Below the pieces are notes generated by a model. It was not told the origin of the DNA. It was given only the letters and a program-made list of their open reading frames with translations, and searched no databases. Shown here in pieces: positions 42,547-49,190 of a stretch of DNA of 64,000 nt (within the stretch, counting starts at the first letter, position 1; every line of letters starts with the position of its first letter). This DNA comes from a virus: the IMG/VR virus record IMGVR_UViG_3300028909_000017, positions 61,415-125,414 of that record. One strand, 5' to 3'. The position numbers and the translations under genes are program-made.

Positions 42547-42621
42547 TGGTAGGCGAGGAGAATTTCGAAATCTCGATCTTCCTCTTATAAGGGGGACGCT
42601 TTACCTCTAAGCTACTCGCCT
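42547..42621 (-). tRNA. tRNA-Ile(TAT)
   Basis: AGGCGAG/CTCGCCT acceptor, CT-TAT-AA, A73-CCA. Confidence 0.85.
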
Positions 42622-42641
42622 ACATTTTAAATCTAATCTTT

Positions 42642-42719
42642 TGGTGGGACTAGTGGGCATCGAACCCACGACCTCCGCCTTAAAGGGGCGTTGCTGCTGC
42701 CAAACTGAGCTATAGTCCC
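42642..42719 (-). tRNA. tRNA-Lys(TTT), C33
   Basis: CGCC-CCTTTAA-GGCG anticodon arm, A73-CCA. Confidence 0.8.
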
Positions 42720-42732
42720 GTTTTAAAACTTT

Positions 42733-42825
42733 TGGTGCGACCGGTGAGATTTGAACTCACGGTGGGAGAATTACTCTCCATCAGATTAAGAGTCTGGTCT
42801 CTGCTAGCCTCTCGAGTACGATCGC
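42733..42825 (-). tRNA. tRNA-Lys(CTT) with long variable arm
   Basis: CT-CTT-AA; GGAGA-GTAAT-TCTCC variable hairpin; A73-CCA. Confidence 0.85.
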
Positions 42826-42898
42826 ATTTTAAAATCGTTACCAATTTTTAACCCTTGAATTTTTCCTGTATGTTTCGTTCGCGTGTGCTATAAACTAT

Positions 42899-42973
42899 TG
42901 TCAGAGTGAGTCTCGACCTCACATTTCCCAGGCTTACAGCCGTAAGGGCGTCTTACCATTAAACTATCTGACT
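42899..42973 (-). ncRNA. tRNA-like RNA with aberrant anticodon arm
   Basis: GTCAGA/TCTGAC acceptor, D and T arms present, extended CCCTTACGGCTGTAAGCCTGGG arm. Confidence 0.55.
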
Positions 42974-43315
42974 AGCTCGAGACTTCTACTCGAGATCGCT
43001 TCACAATGTCAAAAAGCGTTTGAATCGATTAAAATTTGTTTAAAGACCGAATAAAGTCAAGAGGTAAACTATCATCCCACCCTTTATTGCTACTCCACTT
43101 TTCTATAGTGTCAATATACATTGCAACAAATATACATAGAATCATTGGGCTAATAGTCAATAAAACAACCAAATAAAAAATCTTAAATATTAATCTTACA
43201 ACAAATTTCATATTATCCTTTCTTAAATTATTTGCTGATACTTATCACGTATCAATCTCAACATTCAATATTATCGAACTGTCGACTGTCGTCATGCTCG
43301 ACCCACAAATAAAGT

Positions 43316-43450
43316 TGGCTGAAGGGGTGGGATTCGGACCCACAATGACTTTCATCGCTCGGTTACTTTTGGTCTTACTGGAATCAAACCAGCATAATGC
43401 AAACCTGCGAGACCCACAGCCGAGTGCCTTACCATTCGGCACACCCTTCA
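43316..43450 (-). tRNA. tRNA-Asn(GTT) interrupted by 50-nt insertion in the anticodon; long variable region
   Basis: TGAAGGG/CCCTTCA-G-CCA; CTCGG-CT-GT[50 nt]T-AA-CCGAG. Confidence 0.75.
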
Positions 43451-43635
43451 AAAATTCATTTTTTAAGTTTCATCATATATCTTTTTCTGACAGTATAAAC
43501 ATATATGCCGCATATTTATTTCCCTGTAAATTTCTTCATCAAATGGATCAGCAACGTATTCTACATCTGGTTTAACTTCACCACATTCATCGCAAGTTGA
43601 TTCATGATCCATAATGTTCTCCAATCACTATTTAA

Positions 43636-43665
43636 ATAGTATCATATCTGCCATTAAATTGTCAA
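43636..43665 (-). promoter_or_regulatory. sigma70-type promoter
   Basis: TTGACA-18-TACTAT. Confidence 0.6.
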
Positions 43666-43674
43666 TCTGAAATT

Positions 43675-43748
43675 CGGTTCTGACAAAATTCGAATTTGCA
43701 TCTTTCTCCGTGACAAGGAGACGCTCTATCCAGTTAAGCTACAGAACC
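43675..43748 (-). tRNA. tRNA-Asp(GTC)
   Basis: Cloverleaf, TT-GTC-AC, G73. Confidence 0.9.
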
Positions 43749-43753
43749 ATTAT

Positions 43754-43834
43754 TGCGGTTGATAGGATTTGATACCTATACTAAAGTGGAAGAAATCATC
43801 TACCCACTGCCTCTGTTGTTTGGGCTACAACCGC
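43754..43834 (-). ncRNA. tRNA-like RNA (Leu-like body, elongated anticodon arm)
   Basis: GCGGTTG/CAACCGC-A acceptor, T arm, AGTGGGTAGA-TGAT-TTCTTCCACT arm without a canonical loop. Confidence 0.55.
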
Positions 43835-43846
43835 AAATTTTAAAAT

Positions 43847-43932
43847 TGGTCAGAGCGGAGAGATTCGAACTCTCGATACCCGAAGGTGCCGCGCCCCAAA
43901 CGCGGAGGCAAACCAGACCTGCCGCCGCTCTG
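43847..43932 (-). tRNA. tRNA-Pro(TGG) with long variable arm
   Basis: C1-G72, TT-TGG-GG, ACC-TTCG-GGT variable hairpin, A73-CCA. Confidence 0.85.
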
Positions 43933-43954
43933 ACATTTAAATTTCTGAAAGTAT

Positions 43955-44041
43955 TGGAGCGGGTGAGGAGATTTGAACTCCCAGTGATTTTTCAATCTCC
44001 GGTTTGGAAGACCGGTTCCATACCAAATAGGATTCACCCGC
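43955..44041 (-). tRNA. tRNA-Gly(TCC) with long variable arm
   Basis: GCGGGTG/CACCCGC-T-CCA, CT-TCC-AA, GATT-GAAA-AATC variable hairpin. Confidence 0.85.
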
Positions 44042-44049
44042 ATGTTAAA

Positions 44050-44586
44050 TTAATTTCGTTTAAAACTCTTATGTGTTTTCCAAAAATCTGATCGACATTC
44101 CGGTGGAATTACATCCAATCCTAATTTTTCAAAAACATCGTTTTCTGTTTTGCTTGCAACACTAATGCCGTTTTTAAACAGACCATATTGATTCAATTTC
44201 TCAAAACCTTTATTCTTGCAATATGTCCTTAAACTGATATTGAACTGGGCATTTCCCGTTGCATGAATGCAAGCTGAACCAAAACTATCTAACGGAACGG
44301 TAATAAATTCAACTCTTACGGTCTTGTTTTCAAATACAATATCCAAACTCAAAAGTGCATCACCGCTTCGTACAATTGTATAAGGATAAACATTTTTGAT
44401 GATAAAGAGTAAATCATTAATTGAACAATCCGTTACAACAATATCCAAATCACCGATTTCTTCTTTATGTCGTCTCCATGAACCACAAACCTTATGATTG
44501 ATATTATTTTTATCTAAAATCGTTTGATATTTTTGAATAATTTCAGACGCTTGAATTCTCGAAATTTTGTTTTCAGTTTGCGACAT
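44050..44586 (-). CDS. Minimal DNA polymerase X (palm plus C-terminal domain only)
   Basis: CGSWRR...GDLDIVV, HATGNAQFN..LR, LNQYGLF, IPPECR. Confidence 0.85.
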   Translation of the reverse strand: MSQTENKISRIQASEIIQKYQTILDKNNINHKVCGSWRRHKEEIGDLDIVVTDCSINDLLFIIKNVYPYTIVRSGDALLSLDIVFENKTVRVEFITVPLDSFGSACIHATGNAQFNISLRTYCKNKGFEKLNQYGLFKNGISVASKTENDVFEKLGLDVIPPECRSDFWKTHKSFKRN

Positions 44587-44833
44587 TTCAACCTTTCTTT
44601 AGTCGTGCCTCAATGATTGCTTTTACCAATTCCGGATCTGCTGATTTTAATCCACCAAGAATTAAAGATTTTTTAATTTCATGTAATGGGTCATCTTCCG
44701 GTATTAAACAATCGTTTTCTCTAGGATAATCTAAATTATGTGTCGTTATTTTTATCTGCGTCATATGTTGCCCAATTCCCTACTTGAAAATTCACGGTTT
44801 TTACTGCCATATTTGTATGGTTCTTATTAAAAT

Positions 44834-44917
44834 TGGTAGCCCACCTCGGATTTGAACCGAGACGCTCGAAAGCGGACGCTCTTAAGGCGTATGTGTCTGC
44901 CGTTCCACCAGTGGGCC
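44834..44917 (-). tRNA. tRNA-Leu(TAA)
   Basis: Cloverleaf, CT-TAA-GA, variable arm, CCA. Confidence 0.9.
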
Positions 44918-44933
44918 AAAACTTAATTCTCAA

Positions 44934-45342
44934 TGGAGGGGCCTTATATGCAGGTTCGAATCCCACAACTTCGGCGCCCCCAATGATAGGGATAAATTAC
45001 GAGGAACAGCTTCGAATACTGTACACTCTACTTTATCCCGACTTCAAATTTAATGGCGATTGACCGTATGAGCAAGAGGTCGACTTTGCTGCTTCGGTGT
45101 CGCCTAGTGAGATAAAATCGTATGTATGCATATTCGAATATGCATGGCTTCAATTTTATCCCTTTAAATTTTTTGTGAGGGGTTTCACCTCACACCATCA
45201 TGAATTATTCTTTACATGACTAACGTTCAATCTTTATTACGTCGCATTTTTAGGCAAAATGCGGAAACAAACCGGGGAGCAATGAATTTCACGAAACGTT
45301 CCGCTATCGATGATCAATCGAATTATGCGTCTATCTGCCCCT
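44934..45342 (-). ncRNA. ~410-nt highly structured RNA ending in CCA
   Basis: 5' GGGGC pairs with 3' GCCCC-T-CCA; at least six internal hairpins; no convincing ORF. Confidence 0.6.
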
Positions 45343-45352
45343 GGTATGCTGT

Positions 45353-45422
45353 TAGTTACAATGGGATTCGAACCCATAACCACGGCTCAACCGCCGTTGC
45401 TCTACCATTGAGCTATGTAATT
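45353..45422 (-). tRNA. Pseudo-tRNA with 6-nt anticodon loop
   Basis: Canonical D and T arms; ACGGC-GGTTGA-GCCGT anticodon arm. Confidence 0.55.
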
Positions 45423-45658
45423 ATTAAGCATACCAATTTCAAAAATTTATTGCTATGGAACTCTTATCCTGGATAAACAAGACGGTTTAATTGTATCAAT
45501 CCTATTCAGCCATTCTATCTAAACTGTATTGCTCTGGAATTGAAACGACGGATAACTCACGCAGGGATTTATTGAGCAGACGCTTATTCATCCATTCCAG
45601 TTAAATCTAAACTTTGCCAGTATTTCAGGCCACTAGCCAGACCTAAATAACATCATTT

Positions 45659-45738
45659 ATTTCAATTGTCAAATATCCAAAATTCATTTTGGCCTAAGCC
45701 AACTTTTCAAGTTTAACACTTTAAAAATCTGTTGTCAA
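45659..45738 (-). promoter_or_regulatory. sigma70 promoter followed by boxA-like element
   Basis: TTGACA-17-TAAACT at 45710-45738; ATATTTGACAATTGAAAT at 45659-45676. Confidence 0.6.
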
Positions 45739-45957
45739 CTTCTTTTTAACTCATCCAACCACGAAATTTCATCTTTACCGGAGCATTTTCGGGATCCATC
45801 TTTCCAGCTCGTCGCATTCCCTTTGATGCTCTTCGCTTCAAAAATCTACGATAGCCAATTGAGGAAGCGTCAATCTTTTCAACCTTGCAAAATTTCATAT
45901 TCTGCCTTTCTTGCTACAACTTTGAATTCTTCCATTTGAACTTCCTACCACTCTCTT

Positions 45958-45986
45958 AGTGTATCAAATTGGCGTTAAAATGTCAA
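45958..45986 (-). promoter_or_regulatory. sigma70-type promoter
   Basis: TTGACA-17-TACACT. Confidence 0.65.
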
Positions 45987-46163
45987 CCGTTAATTTCTTC
46001 TCTCAAACGAATTACAACATCATCTTGATCAGCAAATCGATTTCCTTTAATTACCTCACCGTCAACGGTTTCGTAATTTCCCGTCGGAGCAATAGTTCGA
46101 TACAATTCAATCAGCCTTTGTTCCTCCACTCTAAAAATTGCTCGTGATTGTAAATCCGCCATG

Positions 46164-46238
46164 TCTGATCTCCTCACTGAAATAATTATAGCAAATGTTG
46201 CCACCGAATGCAAGAAAATAATTTCTATTGAAAACAAA
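46164..46238 (-). repeat. 75-bp early promoter/RBS cassette, copy 1
   Basis: Identical to 47031-47105; TTGCAT-17-TATAAT followed by GAGGAG. Confidence 0.9.
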
Positions 46239-46359
46239 GGACTTAAAAATCTATTTCAGGATACAAATTTTAGGGTAATATCAATGCTTGCACTACTACC
46301 TAGTAGAGCGTTATGGGGCAATTTTACTTAAATCTGCCCTTTAACATCAACAATTTAAT

Positions 46360-46435
46360 TGGTGGCTACTGCGGGTTTCGAGCCCGCGACACCGACGTCT
46401 TCAACGTCGTGCTCTACCATCTGAGCTAAGTAGCC
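46360..46435 (-). tRNA. tRNA-Phe(GAA)
   Basis: Canonical cloverleaf, CCA. Confidence 0.95.
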
Positions 46436-46438
46436 AAT

Positions 46439-46600
46439 TGGTGATTCCGACCTTTCATCGAACGGGACGAACCCTTTCAATCTTATCGTCTCTGGAGTTT
46501 GATTTTTGGTGGATTGTGTGGGACTTGGCACCCACTTGTTCGGCGCTAGCACTATGCCAACCCATCTGAAATTCCATAAGCCGAATTCCGGACGTGTTCA
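46439..46600 (-). ncRNA. Two small tRNA-like RNAs ending in ACCA
   Basis: 3' ends GGAATC-ACCA (46439) and GTGGG-TGCCAAGT-CCCAC...CC-ACCA (46507); located between tRNA genes. Confidence 0.4.
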
Positions 46601-46611
46601 AAAATTTTTTG

Positions 46612-46683
46612 TGGACCTGGAGAATTTTGAAATCTCGACCTTCGCATTGCAAATGCGACGCGCTGCCTCTGCGCCACAGGCCC
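46612..46683 (-). tRNA. tRNA-Ala(TGC)
   Basis: G3-U70, TT-TGC-AA. Confidence 0.9.
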
Positions 46684-46793
46684 ATATTACTAGATTCAGT
46701 TTTTTCGAATAACCATTATTTTGTGTTCCCATCTGAACATGAATCCTATGCTGTTACTACAATTATACAACATAAGATTCATGTTTGTCTACA

Positions 46794-46897
46794 ATTTCAA
46801 TTGTCAAATATTGCCAATTCTGACCATCTGTACGATCAGCGCGCTCTAAAACGCCTTCAAACTTTTTAATTATACAACATTTACTTCTGGTTGTACA
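46794..46897 (-). promoter_or_regulatory. Extended -10 promoter followed by boxA-like element
   Basis: TGTACA-17-TATAAT; ATATTTGACAATTGAAAT at 46794-46811. Confidence 0.55.
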
Positions 46898-47030
46898 TCA
46901 ATCCACGTATTCTTCCCAATCATAAAAATCGTCGTTCCAATAATCATCTTCACATTGAAAATAAAAATCGTCATCATTGTCGTCAAACTCGTCATCGTAG
47001 ATTTCATCAAACTCGTCAAAACATGACATA

Positions 47031-47105
47031 TCTGATCTCCTCACTGAAATAATTATAGCAAATGTTGCCACCGAATGCAAGAAAATAATTTCTATTGAAA
47101 ACAAA
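47031..47105 (-). repeat. 75-bp early promoter/RBS cassette, copy 2
   Basis: Identical to 46164-46238. Confidence 0.9.
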
Positions 47106-47122
47106 AGAGTTATAGATTAATT

Positions 47123-47194
47123 TGGATCTCATCGGATTCGAACCGATTTCTACGACTTGCGGAGCCATTATTCTACCAATTAAACTAGAGACCC
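47123..47194 (-). tRNA. tRNA-Ala(CGC), C33
   Basis: G3-U70, TC-CGC-AA loop. Confidence 0.8.
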
Positions 47195-47215
47195 ATTTAA
47201 AACTTTACTGCAATG

Positions 47216-47244
47216 AAAAACCCTGACCATTATAGTCAGGGTTT
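47216..47244 (-). terminator. Attenuator terminator 2
   Basis: AAACCCTGAC-TATAATG-GTCAGGGTTTTT about 22 nt before tRNA-Ala(CGC). Confidence 0.85.
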
Positions 47245-47267
47245 GGAAATACTTCCTATTCCTGACG

Positions 47268-47426
47268 TTACTCAATAGCCTTTGGTGCAAATTTGGGTTC
47301 ATTTATCATGTGTTTATTATTCGATTCGACGTCATCGATAAATAAATCATCTTCGGTTAACACATCGAACTTGCGTTCAGTTAATATCGGCTTTTCATTT
47401 ATTCGATTTGTTAATGTCTGCTTCAT
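47268..47426 (-). CDS. Attenuator leader peptide 2 (MKQTLTNRINEKPILTERKFDVLTEDDLFIDDVESNNKHMINEPKFAPKAIE)
   Basis: 52-aa ORF just after GACTAAATAAC; stop is followed by CGTCAGG, complementary to the terminator 5' arm. Confidence 0.7.
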   Translation of the reverse strand: MKQTLTNRINEKPILTERKFDVLTEDDLFIDDVESNNKHMINEPKFAPKAIE

Positions 47427-47466
47427 ATAGTTATTTAGTCTTCCTTAAGGAAAAGTTCACATTATT

Positions 47467-48021
47467 TTAGAATAATTCTTTATCGCCAACCCATTTAATC
47501 ATGGGCATAAGTAGATCAATATTTTTCTTTCTTTGCTTGGAAAATGCTTCTGCCAAACTATTTTTGGGGTTAATAATTATTCCTATTTTACCCTCATCAT
47601 TAAACCAATCTTTATCTAATTCTTCAGAAGATACTGGATTATTATTATAATCGGTAATAGAAAAATATTTTTGAAGCCGAGCAACTTTTAATAACCATTT
47701 AAATCCATCAAAAGTTAAATCTTCCGATGGCTTAATTTTTATTTGCCGTTCTTTTTCCAATATTGCCAAAATAATTATCGTTATTAATCCTTTCTTTTTG
47801 GAAATATTTCCGAGTCGAATAAGTTCATTATTTAATGTTGTTATTACCAATGAAGTTAAACAATTATTTTCATCTATAGTAAAATATGCAATCGAAGAAG
47901 TTCCAATACTTTTGTAGATTTTTTCTAAATCTACAATTTTATATAATTTAGAATTCAATGGCCTCTTTTTACCTGATGCACTTACTAATTCTGATGACCG
48001 TGTAATTTCATTAATTTTCAT
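47467..48021 (-). CDS. GNAT-like paralog family B
   Basis: MKINEI; LIRLGNI..KGLITIII...LTFDGFKWLLKV. Confidence 0.55.
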   Translation of the reverse strand: MKINEITRSSELVSASGKKRPLNSKLYKIVDLEKIYKSIGTSSIAYFTIDENNCLTSLVITTLNNELIRLGNISKKKGLITIIILAILEKERQIKIKPSEDLTFDGFKWLLKVARLQKYFSITDYNNNPVSSEELDKDWFNDEGKIGIIINPKNSLAEAFSKQRKKNIDLLMPMIKWVGDKELF

Positions 48022-48705
48022 CTATTTTTCCAAATTATAAATTAATATTTCATCTGTTGTTAAATGTCGCATCCAGGAAGTATATCGAATTATATTTTTA
48101 TGCTCTAACGTAATCACCGCGGCACCTGAATTTTTTAACCATGTGCTGCTCACTACTCCTATTGAAATTCCATCTTCTGGTGGATAAAATTCCATATAAT
48201 CGCCAATCGTCACCGGAATATTATCTGTATCTTTCGGATCACCCATTTTTAGAACCATCCTTCCCTGGGTAACCACGGAATATTGGGCTGATTTTTTCGA
48301 TCAAATTCGGTTGCTAAAATTTCCTCTTGAACCAATTTCAAATCAGCAGGGTTATTTCTATCAGCTTTATGAATTGAACCAATGCAATGTTCCCAACGTT
48401 CTTTATTTTCCTTGGCTTCACACGCATCTATTTCAAGTCCATAAAATACAAATTTTCCATATGTTGGAATTGTAATTATCCAATAATCCATATTATTCTT
48501 TTCCCCAAAAAATTAGTTTTCCGGCCACCACGGATCTTGCGGTAAAATGCATAAGGTTTCTTTAACTGAGTTATCCGAACATTTTCCATCATTCCAATGT
48601 GGACAATCATCTGTAAGACATCCTAAATTAGAGCGGAAAACAATTGTTCCGTCTTTGGTTCTTCGAAAAAATGGTAAAAATAACGAATCATTATCCATTC
48701 TTTAA

Positions 48706-49149
48706 TTACTTCCTTTCGGGTGTAACTCTTGACCATGTTCGAGTTGCTGGATCGTATTGAACATCATCACCCCATCCATTATCTCTTTTTACAGAATCAA
48801 CAGCAGATTTAATTGCTTTAACAATATCTTCAGATATTGGTCGATATTTGGTTTGAATCGGTTCAATTTCTTTTTGAAAAGAATCATCTAAACTCTTAAG
48901 TTTATCCAATTGAATAGAAACCAAAATATCCCCGGATACTGTTTGATCGCCAATCTTAGCAGACTTCGGAACTAAAATTTGTTTTCCAGGAGTCACCTCC
49001 CCTGCTACTATATTTGAAGTATTGGGTGAATCACTGGTTGCTTTAGATGGAACTGCTACCTTTGTTGAATCATTTTGTTTTGCTTGCCCAGGCAAATACA
49101 TTAAACTACCTCCCAGTAAAAATAATACTGCAATACTAATGTTTTTCAA
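48706..49149 (-). CDS. Secreted/periplasmic hypothetical protein; start abuts the TnpB element end
   Basis: (M/L)KNISIAVLFLLGGSLMYLPGQA signal-peptide-like N-terminus. Confidence 0.55.
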   Translation of the reverse strand: MKNISIAVLFLLGGSLMYLPGQAKQNDSTKVAVPSKATSDSPNTSNIVAGEVTPGKQILVPKSAKIGDQTVSGDILVSIQLDKLKSLDDSFQKEIEPIQTKYRPISEDIVKAIKSAVDSVKRDNGWGDDVQYDPATRTWSRVTPERK

Positions 49150-49190
49150 GTAATTTCTCCAATAAAATAAGTATAACACATATTAAACAA

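Noticed and set aside
42642-42719. Possible ochre suppressor tRNA (TTA)
   Set aside because: Stem pairing CGCC/GGCG places TTT at the anticodon, so it is Lys with C33.
44934-45342. Canonical tmRNA call
   Set aside because: No G3-U70 pair, an imperfect acceptor stem and no recognisable tag peptide. Kept as an unclassified ncRNA.
9283-46869. ORF-track entries overlapping tRNA genes or on the plus strand (e.g. 9283-9516, 10232-10432, 43245-43451, 43840-44043, 46355-46685 and antisense ORFs in the fibre gene)
   Set aside because: Shadow ORFs of RNA genes or of GC-rich coding sequence, with no RBS or recognisable motif.
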